Shown piece by piece: positions 18,788 to 28,985 of a DNA stretch of 64,000 nucleotides (positions are counted from its first letter, which is position 1; the number at the start of each line of letters is the position of its first letter). Under the pieces are notes generated by a model. It did no database searches and had not been told where the DNA came from. It was given only the letters and a program-made list of their open reading frames with translations. The translations under genes were made by a program, and so were the position numbers. Source of the DNA: a bacterium (GTDB taxonomy: Bacteria > Patescibacteriota > Microgenomatia > Curtissbacterales > GWA2-41-24). The DNA lies in assembly GCA_021813945.1 (NCBI GenBank), contig JAKAJD010000001.1, positions 560,412 through 624,411 on the forward strand, read 5' to 3'.

Positions 18788-19351
18788 ATGACTCTGCCCA
18801 GAGAAAATTTTAAATTTAAAATTATAAATTTCAAATTAAGGAAAGGTTTTACCCTCATCGAGCTTCTGTTGGTAATTTCAATTATTGGCATATTAGCTGC
18901 GATCTCTTTCGCCTCTTTCACCCAAGCACAAACGAAAGCCCGTGACAGCAAACGGAAATCGGACTTAAAAGCCATTCAGCAGGCCCTGGAACAATATTAT
19001 CAGGCAAACAACATCTATCCCAACACAAACGGCGGAAAAATTCAGTGTAACACTACGAGCCCTGTTCCAGACGTAAACACAATCAATTGGGGATCTATTT
19101 TTCAATGCGCCGGCTTAATTTATCTGAACCCGCTTCCTAAAGACCCTGCATTTGACCCAAGCACCACCATAGACTATTACTACACTCCTCTTCCCGGCAA
19201 CCAAAAATATATGATAAGTGCAACAATCGAAAACAAAAATGACTCCGAAAATAAAGCCAACCCGTCATACATAACAGGTTCACTACCCTGCGATAACCCA
19301 ACATACAACGGGCCAACTTCTGGGAGAACCTACTGCGTAATAAACCCCTAA
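18788..19351 (+). CDS. Type IV pilin-like (GspG-like) protein, short form
   Basis: RKGFTLIELLLVISIIGILAAISFA prepilin motif; conserved LNPLPKDP segment shared with the two larger pilins. Confidence 0.75.
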   Translation: MTLPRENFKFKIINFKLRKGFTLIELLLVISIIGILAAISFASFTQAQTKARDSKRKSDLKAIQQALEQYYQANNIYPNTNGGKIQCNTTSPVPDVNTINWGSIFQCAGLIYLNPLPKDPAFDPSTTIDYYYTPLPGNQKYMISATIENKNDSENKANPSYITGSLPCDNPTYNGPTSGRTYCVINP

Positions 19352-19389
19352 ATTAAGTATTTTGTATCTGGTATTAAGCTATAAGCGAG

Positions 19390-19764
19390 TTATGTTCTTG
19401 GGGGAAACTTTTTCGCGCTTTTAATAAGTCCATTAATTAGCTTGCTAACGACAACAGATTGTTCAGACACCTGCTTATAATCCTCTAAGGATAAGTACTC
19501 CAAATCCCTCGAAATAATCACCTGATTCTGAACCTCAGTTAATGATCCGAGAGACATGTAATAAAACTGCACTTTCTCCTTTGCCCCGTTTCTGGAAAAT
19601 CCTTCAGCTATGTTACTTGTTATCGAGACGGCAGCTCTTCTAATCTGGTCAACGATACCAAATTTTTCGATACCAGGAAACTTCTTAGTAACTTGATAAC
19701 AAAGAAGCACCAGTTTGTGACCCTCTTTCCATGCTTCAAGCTCCGTAAACGACTTTATCCCCAT
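19390..19764 (-). CDS. Four-helix-bundle protein of the 23S rRNA intervening-sequence protein family
   Basis: Family hallmarks: FTELEAWKEGHKLVLLCY ... SITSNIAEGFSRNG ... SLGSLTEVQNQVIISRDLEYL. Confidence 0.8.
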   Translation of the reverse strand: MGIKSFTELEAWKEGHKLVLLCYQVTKKFPGIEKFGIVDQIRRAAVSITSNIAEGFSRNGAKEKVQFYYMSLGSLTEVQNQVIISRDLEYLSLEDYKQVSEQSVVVSKLINGLIKSAKKFPPRT

Positions 19765-19798
19765 ACTAAATACTTTATACTCGATACTTAATACTTAT

Positions 19799-20053
19799 TT
19801 ACGCCATCAGCACGAAAAAGCCGGCAAGAACGGCAATAAGGGCAATAAGAAGGTATTCCAAAAACAATCTGCCGGTTGCTTCCCTTTTGGCGTGATGATA
19901 CGAAAATCCCCAAACAATATAAAACGTTGCCAAAAGAACGATTATTAAAAACTGTTCTGTCGGGCTGTAGCGTGCCAAATAAATCGCAACCATTCCAACC
20001 CCAAATCCAAAATACAAAAACAGATGCGCCAATTTTTCCAGTTTTTTATTCAT
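19799..20053 (-). CDS. Small 3-TM membrane protein, hypothetical
   Basis: 84-aa ORF with three hydrophobic helices. Confidence 0.35.
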   Translation of the reverse strand: MNKKLEKLAHLFLYFGFGVGMVAIYLARYSPTEQFLIIVLLATFYIVWGFSYHHAKREATGRLFLEYLLIALIAVLAGFFVLMA

Positions 20054-20090
20054 TTAGTTTTGACTTTTGCCTTTGAACTTTGAGTTTTCA

Positions 20091-21059
20091 TCATATTATT
20101 GCTCCTTGTACCGCATACCAGATCACCAAAAGCACAAATCCCAACATACCCAAATGCGCCAAAACTCCGGGCCTAAGATGCAAATTATCGCGCCTTACAA
20201 CAAATAAAACTTCAATTGCAAACAAAAAGAAAATAAATCCTACAATTGCCAAAGTCACAATTTTTGAAATAGAAAATTGTCGGCTGGCAAGAACCGTCGC
20301 GCTGGCAGCCGGTGCAGCACCCTGTTCCAAATTTACATTATCGCCTGGGTTGATAACGGCAAGCGGCGCAGGACTTGGACTTGGGATAGGTGTGGTCTGC
20401 AAGGCAACTTGTTTTCCGGCAGTTTGCGGCGTTGGGCTGGGAATTGGGCTTGGTGCCTGAGCAAGAGTCGGTGCAACAGGCACTGCCGCAACCGGCGTAC
20501 CAAACATTTGCACCACCAAAATCCCGTCAACACCGGTTAATTTCCCCGAAGCAACGGCAACCCCGATTTCTTTAAAATTGGCATCCAGTATGTTTTCTCT
20601 GTGGGAAGGTGAATTCATCCAGGCATCAACAACCGAACCGGCATCATTAAAATCTCGGGCTAGATTTTCGCCTGCGTAAATGTACCTATATCCGGCGCCG
20701 GTTATAAAACTCCAAGGTGTTCTACCTAAAGGGGAATTATGAGCCCAGTAGTTAACAGAAAACATATCCTGTGCTTTGGCTGCTGCAGCAGCCGCCAACT
20801 GACCGTTGTAAGTTAAAGGGCCCAAACCGTTTTGCACCCGCTTGGCATTTGTTAAATCTATAATTTGCTGAGCGGAAAATGTAGCGACTCCCAAAACCTG
20901 AGGCGCCCTAAGTTTCACAAAATAAAGACCTGCAATTAAAAAGACAAAAATCTGGAAATAGGTAAAAAGTGCTGGAACTGTTAATGCGTGGGCATGATGC
21001 TGCTTGCCATCTTCGTGATGATGAGGAATAATTTGCCTGGCAATTTTCCGATGGATCAC
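20091..21059 (-). CDS. CAP/SCP/PR-1-like domain protein (YkwD-like) with a His-rich N-terminus, a Pro-rich linker and two TM anchors
   Basis: CAP motifs: GYRYIYAGENLA, WMNSPSHRENILD, NFKEIGVAVASG. Confidence 0.75.
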   Translation of the reverse strand: MIHRKIARQIIPHHHEDGKQHHAHALTVPALFTYFQIFVFLIAGLYFVKLRAPQVLGVATFSAQQIIDLTNAKRVQNGLGPLTYNGQLAAAAAAKAQDMFSVNYWAHNSPLGRTPWSFITGAGYRYIYAGENLARDFNDAGSVVDAWMNSPSHRENILDANFKEIGVAVASGKLTGVDGILVVQMFGTPVAAVPVAPTLAQAPSPIPSPTPQTAGKQVALQTTPIPSPSPAPLAVINPGDNVNLEQGAAPAASATVLASRQFSISKIVTLAIVGFIFFLFAIEVLFVVRRDNLHLRPGVLAHLGMLGFVLLVIWYAVQGAII

Positions 21060-21085
21060 ATCTTAAGTTTAAACGAGGGCCCAGA

Positions 21086-21163
21086 AAAAGGCCAGGCCTT
21101 TTTCCAGATTCGCCCAAGTTAAGGCCTGGCCTTAACCCAAGCAGCGTTAGACGTTAGACAACC
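21086..21163. repeat. Palindromic repeat (type 2) with an extended tail, CGTTAGACGTTAGAC, shared with the 41473 copy
   Basis: AAAAGGCCAGGCCTTTTT ... TTAAGGCCTGGCCTTAACCC-AAGCAGCGTTAGACGTTAGAC. Confidence 0.6.
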
Positions 21164-21197
21164 ATATCAATCTATATAATATAGTATGATCTTTGTA

Positions 21198-22292
21198 TCA
21201 ATCAGGCAGAATTGACAGTTTGTAAACATTGGCAATTTTCGTCACTGCCGGCTTGGCGGTTCCGTCATCTCTAAAGATGGCAGTCGAACCTCCAAACGAA
21301 GTCCAGTAATTCATCCCAGCCACATTAGGATCTTTAACAAGAAGCGCAAGCGCCGAATCAATCCACCCTGCTTGTTCATCTTCCGTCATATTGCCGTTAA
21401 TATCCGGAATCGGTACACCTGTCTCCCCTAAAAAGATCTTGGCATTTGCCTTTTTAGCCAAACTATCGATGTCACCCAATAACTTATCCGCCCTATCAAC
21501 ATAGTGGTCTATGGCCACTACTCCACCCATCTGCTCTGCAGTATCTGAATCCATCACAAGTTTGGCGATGTCATAGTTCATTGACCATAAACCGCAATCG
21601 ACTTTCTTCCCGATTTTGGAAAATTCCGAATCGCACAACTGCTTTTCATCTATCATAAAGTTTCGAAAACCCGAAACGTCGCCGTTATTTCTAGGATCAC
21701 CAGGCCCTCCGTTTTCGCATTCAGGGCAAGGGCTAAAAATATCGCCGTCGACAAAAAGGTTGGGATTTTTTCGGATAAAAGCCGCAAGTTTAGTTTTGTG
21801 TTCATCCCGGCTCAAATCAGCAGGAACTCCGAACCAACCTTCCCATCCTGAAAAGTTGCCCCGAAACCAGACGTGAAGGTTGTAGCGCCTGGCAGCCGCC
21901 ACCCATCTCGAAAGGATCGGCACAAAGCGGTCGTCATAAGGCGTAGCGATAGCTACAGTATTAGCACCGGTTGCCGCAATACTTTTAACCTGTGAATCAA
22001 TAACTGCGTCAAAACGAGGATCGGTAATAGCTTGCGCCGAAAGATCTCTGGAAAATTTCATCGTGTCGACAGATTTAACACTCCATGTACGCTCCTGGGG
22101 CGCAGTCGGTTGTGGACCTTGTTGCACGGTAAAAATTGGCTTTTTGTTAAACATTAAAAATCCTAAAACTGCCGCAAAAACCAAAAGCACAGCAGCCAAA
22201 ACCCCAACCCAAAGCTTACTTTTGCTTGCCCAAAACCGGTTCATAGTTAAGCCCTCCCAAATACTGTGGTTTGATCTCATAAATATCCGCAA
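21198..22292 (-). CDS. Glycoside hydrolase, TIM-barrel clan GH-A (GH5/GH113-like), membrane-anchored
   Basis: N-terminal TM; GNFSGWEGW and IFLGETGVP motifs are consistent with the acid/base and nucleophile Glu of clan GH-A; family assignment is uncertain. Confidence 0.5.
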   Translation of the reverse strand: MRIFMRSNHSIWEGLTMNRFWASKSKLWVGVLAAVLLVFAAVLGFLMFNKKPIFTVQQGPQPTAPQERTWSVKSVDTMKFSRDLSAQAITDPRFDAVIDSQVKSIAATGANTVAIATPYDDRFVPILSRWVAAARRYNLHVWFRGNFSGWEGWFGVPADLSRDEHKTKLAAFIRKNPNLFVDGDIFSPCPECENGGPGDPRNNGDVSGFRNFMIDEKQLCDSEFSKIGKKVDCGLWSMNYDIAKLVMDSDTAEQMGGVVAIDHYVDRADKLLGDIDSLAKKANAKIFLGETGVPIPDINGNMTEDEQAGWIDSALALLVKDPNVAGMNYWTSFGGSTAIFRDDGTAKPAVTKIANVYKLSILPD

Positions 22293-23847
22293 AAGGAAAA
22301 TGTTGGATTAAAGCGTAATCTTCCTTAAAACCTACAGTATTTTTAATAAGTTTATACGTCTGATCACTATCGTCATAAGTTCGCATTACAATCCATCTCG
22401 CCCAATGCTCCGGACCGGAAGTTGCACTGTCCCAATAGGCGCCTGTTCCCTCGTGAATAAATCGCTTCATTGGAAGCCCCGAGGAAAAAATTATCGCATC
22501 ATGTGAGGCCGCAGAAATCAGCACAAAGCCTTTTTTGTCCTTTGCATTGGCTCTAAGCCAACCAGCAACTTCCGAAACGTTCTTCTGGGAAGACCCGACA
22601 CGTGCATCGTCAATAGTAACAGCATCAAAATTCGTATACGAGAAAAACGTTGCAAATAATAGCAAACCGATAATAATAACCCTAAAATCCTTAATTTTAT
22701 CGATAAGGTATCCAACCAAAATTGCTATCGTTGGTACCATCATCACGCCATATCGGACATTAAACCAAGTATTTCCAGAAAGTCCTTGGATAAACAACAC
22801 GGAAAAGCCAAAGTAAAGCGCCAGGATATTAAAGATAAAAGGGGTCATAAGCGCGCTTGAGCTTATTTTGACGCTTCCCTTGACCCTATCGCTTACCCAA
22901 AAGTAAATTGCCCCAACTAAACCAAGAGTAAGTGGCAACAGTCCTGTGTTGTAAAGAAGCGCAAAAAAATAAATCTTCACTGAAAGCCACAGATTACTTT
23001 TAGTAGCCAAATTTCCAGCCTCCAGAAGCTGCTGTTGCTGGGCATGCGCAGAATACGGGCCTAACGCAAAATACAGTGGGTCGCCAAAGATTGCCAAGTT
23101 CCACAAAAACCACAATGCTGCCCCAATCGCCGCAAGCGTCGAAAAGAATATAAGCGTACCCTCAGCGGCCTTATAACCCTTCTTGCGGTAAACGTGCCAA
23201 ACTATTAAAACTCCTGCCCACAAAAGCAGAAACCAACCGTCGTAACGGACCAGCGTCGAAAGGGCTATCCAAAAAGCCGATTTAATAAGCCGAAAAATCT
23301 TATCGGAAACATGCCACATCACCAACTCGTAAACGCCCGCCGTCATGGTAAACAGAAGCAAAAGTTCGGTCATTGCCGTTGATTGCAAGTACAAAATATT
23401 CAAGTTGGAAGCAAAAACAAATACGCCTGTTAACCGTCCGAGATAACCAACCCCTAAGTTCTTTAAAAACCTGTATATCAAATACCCTGTGCCGACATAC
23501 GAAGCCATCGAAACAATAGCCCCCGCAAAACCGGAGTGCCACAAAAAGTCATTCCAGATAAAGGGAATCATCATAATGTGAGGAAGTGGCAGCCAAACTG
23601 AACCTAACTGGGCAAGCCCCGGCTTAAGACCCTCTACAACCCTTCTTCCAATATCCAAATGTGATCTTGCATCGTTATATGCCAAACCCAAACCGTTTTT
23701 ATAAAAATAGAAGTAAGTTGCAATGCTAACCGCCGTCAAACAAAAAAGGACGGCCCATGAGATATTTTTTTCAAGGTTAGCATTTGCCCTTTTTAATAAA
23801 TTATTCGAAAAAAGAAACTGGACTACTCCACCGCCAATTTTTATCAT
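22216..23847 (-). CDS. Polytopic GT-C fold glycosyltransferase (ArnT/PMT-like, GT83/GT39-like)
   Basis: More than 10 predicted TM helices; first-loop motif YNDARSHLDIGRRVVE resembles the DE-x-RY-A motif of ArnT/PMT. Confidence 0.5.
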   Translation of the reverse strand: MIKIGGGVVQFLFSNNLLKRANANLEKNISWAVLFCLTAVSIATYFYFYKNGLGLAYNDARSHLDIGRRVVEGLKPGLAQLGSVWLPLPHIMMIPFIWNDFLWHSGFAGAIVSMASYVGTGYLIYRFLKNLGVGYLGRLTGVFVFASNLNILYLQSTAMTELLLLFTMTAGVYELVMWHVSDKIFRLIKSAFWIALSTLVRYDGWFLLLWAGVLIVWHVYRKKGYKAAEGTLIFFSTLAAIGAALWFLWNLAIFGDPLYFALGPYSAHAQQQQLLEAGNLATKSNLWLSVKIYFFALLYNTGLLPLTLGLVGAIYFWVSDRVKGSVKISSSALMTPFIFNILALYFGFSVLFIQGLSGNTWFNVRYGVMMVPTIAILVGYLIDKIKDFRVIIIGLLLFATFFSYTNFDAVTIDDARVGSSQKNVSEVAGWLRANAKDKKGFVLISAASHDAIIFSSGLPMKRFIHEGTGAYWDSATSGPEHWARWIVMRTYDDSDQTYKLIKNTVGFKEDYALIQHFPFADIYEIKPQYLGGLNYEPVLGKQK

Positions 23848-25359
23848 TTATTTATTCCTTTCAAGGGAAAATAAGGTGAAACCGAAAACAGCAATTATTG
23901 AGACTAAAATCACTAAATAAAAGACATTGAGGGTTAATAAGTGATCTAAATAGGTATTGTAGAAAAAAGAACTGGTAACTCCTTTTTGAAAAACATCCCA
24001 ATTGAGCATGTAATTCCATTTCATACCAAGCGCTACTGCCTCAACCTGCGGGGGAACTTGATTTGTTGTTATTGCTCCTAAAAGGTTGACAGAGGCTCCA
24101 TAGCAAAAAAGTCCAAAAAGCATTAGATTAAACCAAATCTTCTTTCTGAAAAGATCTACCGCTTCTGAAATAAAAATTGCCGCGAAGGCAAAAATGGGAA
24201 CCAAGTACCTTGGCCCAAATGCCCAACCGCCATACGGGTCACCCCACATCGTGTATAAGACAAAAATGAAAAGTACTGTGCCGATTAGTGCGACCGATTG
24301 CTCATATCTTCGCCTGATAAGCTCCCCTATTCCTAAAACAGCTACAATTACTATTGGCGCGTAATATATGAATCCTCTATCTTCGCTGAAAACAAGAGTG
24401 GCGAAACCGTGGCCCATCCTTCGTGTATTAAAAAATCTTGAAGTATTTTTCTGAGTTGAGAGCGTCTTAATAATGGGAGCATTATTCTGATCAAAATCCT
24501 TAACAGACGTTAAAGTTCCCGCAAGCTGAAAAGGCTTGTTAAAAACCGTTAAGCTGTAAAGTGAGTAGGCTCCTAAAGCCAGGACTATACCTAAAACTGC
24601 CAGAAGGAAGCGGGCTTGGAAAAAGATTTTCGTATATCTGCTGTCCCTTTGTACTTTTATTACGGTTTGCACAGCATAAAAAATTAGCGGGATAAAAAAT
24701 ATCGGGTTTTGGGAATCTATCCAAAATGATAGTCCAACCAAAAAAGCGGCTATCCCCAACCTAATAACATTCCTTTTGGAAAACAGCAAAGCAGCTGTCG
24801 AAAGAAGCAAAAAAGTAGTCAGCTGATGCTGGTAATAGGAAACGCTATACGCAAATGACGTTGTGGCAAACAGATAGCTGAGCCCTCCAACAATAGATGC
24901 TTTAAAAGAAATTTTAAGCTGCTGGCAAATTTTCAAAATCAGAAGAAAGTTCAAAACCGCAAAAAATGCAGGCATCGCAAAAGTAGATACCTGAGCCAAG
25001 TTAAATGGTGCACCTAACAAATAAAATGGCACACCCAAAATAGACATCCCGGGTGATACGAGAAGTGTGTACTTACCACTAAAAAACCCCAAATCGGGTG
25101 TTACAATTTTTGCGATATCTTGCCTCAAAAAGAAGCTGTGATCTTGGGCAAGAGACATTGTTAGGGCGTACCTACCCCGCTCCGGAGATAACTCAAAAGG
25201 CTGACCCATCACCTTCTGCTCATTATAAATTTGCGAAGATGTCGGATTTCCGTAATTTCCTTTCAAGGTTAAAACAAAAATAAGCGAAATAAAAATTACA
25301 AAAAAAGCGACTAAGAATTTTTTCATACGAGGCTCTTTGTTGTTTTCGAAAGCTCCCAT
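23848..25359 (-). CDS. Polytopic membrane protein, putative GT-C glycosyltransferase (PMT_2-like)
   Basis: Many TM helices; N-terminal ERGRYALTMSLAQDHSFF segment; adjacent to the other GT-C gene. Confidence 0.4.
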   Translation of the reverse strand: MGAFENNKEPRMKKFLVAFFVIFISLIFVLTLKGNYGNPTSSQIYNEQKVMGQPFELSPERGRYALTMSLAQDHSFFLRQDIAKIVTPDLGFFSGKYTLLVSPGMSILGVPFYLLGAPFNLAQVSTFAMPAFFAVLNFLLILKICQQLKISFKASIVGGLSYLFATTSFAYSVSYYQHQLTTFLLLSTAALLFSKRNVIRLGIAAFLVGLSFWIDSQNPIFFIPLIFYAVQTVIKVQRDSRYTKIFFQARFLLAVLGIVLALGAYSLYSLTVFNKPFQLAGTLTSVKDFDQNNAPIIKTLSTQKNTSRFFNTRRMGHGFATLVFSEDRGFIYYAPIVIVAVLGIGELIRRRYEQSVALIGTVLFIFVLYTMWGDPYGGWAFGPRYLVPIFAFAAIFISEAVDLFRKKIWFNLMLFGLFCYGASVNLLGAITTNQVPPQVEAVALGMKWNYMLNWDVFQKGVTSSFFYNTYLDHLLTLNVFYLVILVSIIAVFGFTLFSLERNK

Positions 25360-26264
25360 CCAAATCTTGGACTCACATAAGGCTTAATAACTAGACTCAG
25401 CCTTACGAAAAGTTCCAAAGCAAAATAGCATAAAGCATATGCTGGTGATTTCACAAATCCCAAGACTATCGCTCTCATTTTGTAGCTTCTTGGAATTTTA
25501 TAAACCTCTAATACACCGTCTCCAAAATACTTTTCCAACCTGTGTTTTGCTGATAAATTTCGTCTATGTTGAAGTAAGTAATCAAAAAAGGTGCTCGGAT
25601 TCCTAAAATAAACAAAGGCATTTTCAGCAAACACAAAACCCAAACCAGCCTCTCTGTTTTTAACATAAACAAAATCGTCTGTTCCATAAAGCCCCTGCGG
25701 CATCCTCAAACAGGTAACAAGCTCATGCGACATGGCCGAAATAGACCCTTGATGGTTGTGAACGTTATCACCATTGTTTAAGTTTCGCTTGGTCGAATGC
25801 CATATGTAATCGCCCATTTTGTGAACTTTTTCGATAAAAGATTTGGGATTATCGGCTATCCGAAATCCGGCAACCAAACCAACACCTTTTGCAAAACCGG
25901 AAACGAGGCGGGAAATAACCTTATCACTTGAAAGTATTACGTCACCGTCAAATTTTATACAAACATCACTCTTAGATCTCAAAAAAACTTCGTTCAAACG
26001 TGCTGCCAACCCCATCCTTTGGCTATATTCTATAAGTTCAATCTCAGAATTTCTAAACGACTTTACTTTAGAAACCGTCGAATCGGTACTCCCGTCAGAT
26101 ACAACAATAATTTTCTTAATATAGAAATTTTCTCCCTTCTGGCTTATGATACTTTTCAAAAGTCGTTCAATATTTTCATCCTCATTGTAAGCACAAATTA
26201 CAACATCTACCGTTTTTTTATTCTTCATATAACCACCCTTTTTGAAGATTGAGCGATTTCCCAA
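25323..26264 (-). CDS. Glycosyltransferase family 2
   Basis: VDVVICAYNEDENIERLL ... VVSDGSTDSTV GT2 signature. Confidence 0.8.
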   Translation of the reverse strand: MGNRSIFKKGGYMKNKKTVDVVICAYNEDENIERLLKSIISQKGENFYIKKIIVVSDGSTDSTVSKVKSFRNSEIELIEYSQRMGLAARLNEVFLRSKSDVCIKFDGDVILSSDKVISRLVSGFAKGVGLVAGFRIADNPKSFIEKVHKMGDYIWHSTKRNLNNGDNVHNHQGSISAMSHELVTCLRMPQGLYGTDDFVYVKNREAGLGFVFAENAFVYFRNPSTFFDYLLQHRRNLSAKHRLEKYFGDGVLEVYKIPRSYKMRAIVLGFVKSPAYALCYFALELFVRLSLVIKPYVSPRFGWELSKTTKSLV

Positions 26265-28063
26265 CCTGTCTTATTAGCAAATCTCCTTTTTGCGAAAATT
26301 TCACCATACCAAAAAACCAGGGAGTAGCCTAAAAATGAAACTGGCGAACTCAACAGAAAACTTGCAACCATCCTCACTCGGTCAGATATTCCAATACGAA
26401 AGGCTGAAATCACACTTTCTTTTTTGCCAAATTTTTTAATCAAAAGTTCCCTGCCTCCCATAAAACGCTGGCTCTGCTTAAAATGGTCCGCAATATTCGA
26501 GGGTGATCTGAAAATAACCCTGGCATTTTCACTGAATACGAATTTGAAACCCTTCTTCCGCGCAAAAAGATATGAAAAAGAGTCTTCAGGAAGCAATGTC
26601 GGCCAAACAATCAGTTTATAAAATTTCTTTGAAAAAGCCCTGGCCCTTCCGTGACAAAGATATAAATTATCCCCTCCCGACATTCTCAAATACATTTTGT
26701 TCTTAAAATAATGACTATCCGAAATAATTTTCTCAAAAAAAGTCACTGGCCTTGCAGACACAGTATTTGCTCCCACCAAACCTACGTTAGGATCCGAAAG
26801 AATGGGTAAAATCAGATTATCCAAAAAATCCCGTTTCACAGGCAAAACGTCACCATCCAAAATGACTAAAATATCTCCTTTGGCAGCTTTGGTAATTTGA
26901 TTCTGAGCTTTTTCCACACCCAACCTTATGTTATTTTCAATAACCTTAATCCTGGAATCTTTTTTTGAACGACAAATCTGGACAGTTCCGTCATCTGAAC
27001 CATCGGAAACAATAATTATCTCCAAAAGTTTCCCGTGAACTAGCTTCTGTTTTAAAATTCTGTCTATCAACAAACCAATATTCGCTTCCTCATTATATGC
27101 TGGGATTCCAACCGACACGGTGGCATTTAAATCAACAGCCCCCGGCCCGGAGACAAGTTCTTTTGAAGATCCGTAGATTTCGTGCACAGCGGAAAAAGCT
27201 GACCTTCTTAAAACGGCTAGCCTGTTTGCTATAATTTCCGCAAAAAACAAAACAGTCCAAAAGGGATTCTCAGCAAAATTGGAAATTAACGACCTAGCCG
27301 CCAGAAGAGGAGGAATCTTATATTCCGAGTCCAAAATCTCTTTAGGAAAATATTTTTCAAGAGCTTTTTTACCACTCAAAAATTTTTTTACCTGACGCTT
27401 CCGATCGGAAAAGCTGCCGACATTGCGCATGTAAGCCTGAGCTTTAGGATTTCTGGCCATGGAAAATCCAAGTTGTTTTAATCTGAAATATGTATACGCA
27501 TCCTCTGGAACATTTATCGGCCACTCCAGTTTTTTCGAAAAAGCCCTCGAAATAACCTTCATTGAATGCCCGCCTGATGTGTAAACGTTTAGCCCTTTTT
27601 TCCAAGTTGAAAAAAGCTTCAATTTAACTAAAAGCCCATGATAGAGTACTCTTTCATAAAATTTCTTTGGTTTAAGTGGTACAGGTCTTCCGATAACCAT
27701 GCCCAAATTGGAAATATTAGAATCATAAAAAGGCTTTACCAACTCCGAAAGCGTTTTATCCGAAACAGGCAGAATATCACCCTCGATAATTGCCAGCAAA
27801 TCTCCGCGAAAAAGCTGTAAGAGCTGGTTCTGTCTTGCCTGTTGGCCTAACCTTGTCCTGCCTTCTATAAGAGTAATCAAAGGATTATTGATGCTTTTAA
27901 CTAACTCGCAAGTCGAATCATAACTACCATCGGAAACCACAATTATTTCTTCTAGCTTAAATCCTTCTTGCTTCTGTAAAAGCAAGACCTCGATTAATTG
28001 GCAAATGTTTTTTTCTTCGTTAAAAACCGGAATCCCAACAGTTAGTGTAAGTTTTTTCTTCAT
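26225..28063 (-). CDS. Tandem double-GT2 glycosyltransferase (two GT2 domains in one polypeptide)
   Basis: Two copies of the GIPxxNEExNI ... VVSDGSxDxT signature, at about aa 10 and aa 310. Confidence 0.8.
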   Translation of the reverse strand: MKKKLTLTVGIPVFNEEKNICQLIEVLLLQKQEGFKLEEIIVVSDGSYDSTCELVKSINNPLITLIEGRTRLGQQARQNQLLQLFRGDLLAIIEGDILPVSDKTLSELVKPFYDSNISNLGMVIGRPVPLKPKKFYERVLYHGLLVKLKLFSTWKKGLNVYTSGGHSMKVISRAFSKKLEWPINVPEDAYTYFRLKQLGFSMARNPKAQAYMRNVGSFSDRKRQVKKFLSGKKALEKYFPKEILDSEYKIPPLLAARSLISNFAENPFWTVLFFAEIIANRLAVLRRSAFSAVHEIYGSSKELVSGPGAVDLNATVSVGIPAYNEEANIGLLIDRILKQKLVHGKLLEIIIVSDGSDDGTVQICRSKKDSRIKVIENNIRLGVEKAQNQITKAAKGDILVILDGDVLPVKRDFLDNLILPILSDPNVGLVGANTVSARPVTFFEKIISDSHYFKNKMYLRMSGGDNLYLCHGRARAFSKKFYKLIVWPTLLPEDSFSYLFARKKGFKFVFSENARVIFRSPSNIADHFKQSQRFMGGRELLIKKFGKKESVISAFRIGISDRVRMVASFLLSSPVSFLGYSLVFWYGEIFAKRRFANKTGWEIAQSSKRVVI

Positions 28064-28064
28064 G

Positions 28065-28985
28065 TTAAATCACCTTTTTTGAAGAAGGAACTGTTTCCCA
28101 TAAGCCTTGCTTAATAAGGGGCTCATCCTTCGTCGGAATACTTCTAATAACGTAGTGAAAAATCAGCGCTAAGGGCACCCAGAAAGGATTCTTCAGAAAG
28201 GCGGTTATGGTTCCTTTAACTTCTGCACTCCGCGGAACTTTGTATAGACCATAAGTCCAATCGCCAAAATACTCGGCTATCTTTTTGTTCACATTAGTGA
28301 AACGGTTAAACTGCTTAAGACGGTCTGCTACATTATCTGGGGATCGGTAAAAAACGACGGAATTCTTTGCAAAGCGACAACTCCTTTCGCTTTTGTAAGC
28401 TTTAAAAAACAAGAATTTATTTAACGAAAAATCCCCCTCAGGGCACTTAGTTTTTCTAGCAAAATCCCCCCGCACGGCAAATGCACAGGAACTAAAGTTG
28501 TGAATATTATGACCATCTTCAAGATCCTTTCTTATCTCGTACCAAATCAAAAACCAGGTATTAATGAGCTTTTCAGTGATATTTCTGGCCGGAACCGGAA
28601 TTTTATTAAAACCCACCAAATTAACTTTTTCGTCTTTGAACCAGTCAACAGCGTTGCCCAAGGAATCTTCATTTTCCAAAACTACATCTCCATCCAAATA
28701 GACTAAAATGTCTCCCCTCCCGCCCGCAAAAAACTGATTAACCCTGGCTGTTTTCCCTAAACGTCTTCCATCTGATACTAGCGCCACTTTTCCCTCCTTT
28801 TGCGAAAATGCTCTTACTATCAAATCAGTTTTATCGGTTGACCCGTCGCTGTAAACATAAATCCTGTCGATTTGAAAATTTTCCTGCTTCTGACCACAGA
28901 TTGAATTCAAAATATTTTCGATATTTTCCTGCTCGTTGTAAGCGGAAATTCCAAGTGTAACTTTCGGCGTTTTAAATTTGCTCAT
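28065..28985 (-). CDS. Glycosyltransferase family 2
   Basis: LGISAYNEQENIENIL ... VYSDGSTDKTD. Confidence 0.8.
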   Translation of the reverse strand: MSKFKTPKVTLGISAYNEQENIENILNSICGQKQENFQIDRIYVYSDGSTDKTDLIVRAFSQKEGKVALVSDGRRLGKTARVNQFFAGGRGDILVYLDGDVVLENEDSLGNAVDWFKDEKVNLVGFNKIPVPARNITEKLINTWFLIWYEIRKDLEDGHNIHNFSSCAFAVRGDFARKTKCPEGDFSLNKFLFFKAYKSERSCRFAKNSVVFYRSPDNVADRLKQFNRFTNVNKKIAEYFGDWTYGLYKVPRSAEVKGTITAFLKNPFWVPLALIFHYVIRSIPTKDEPLIKQGLWETVPSSKKVI

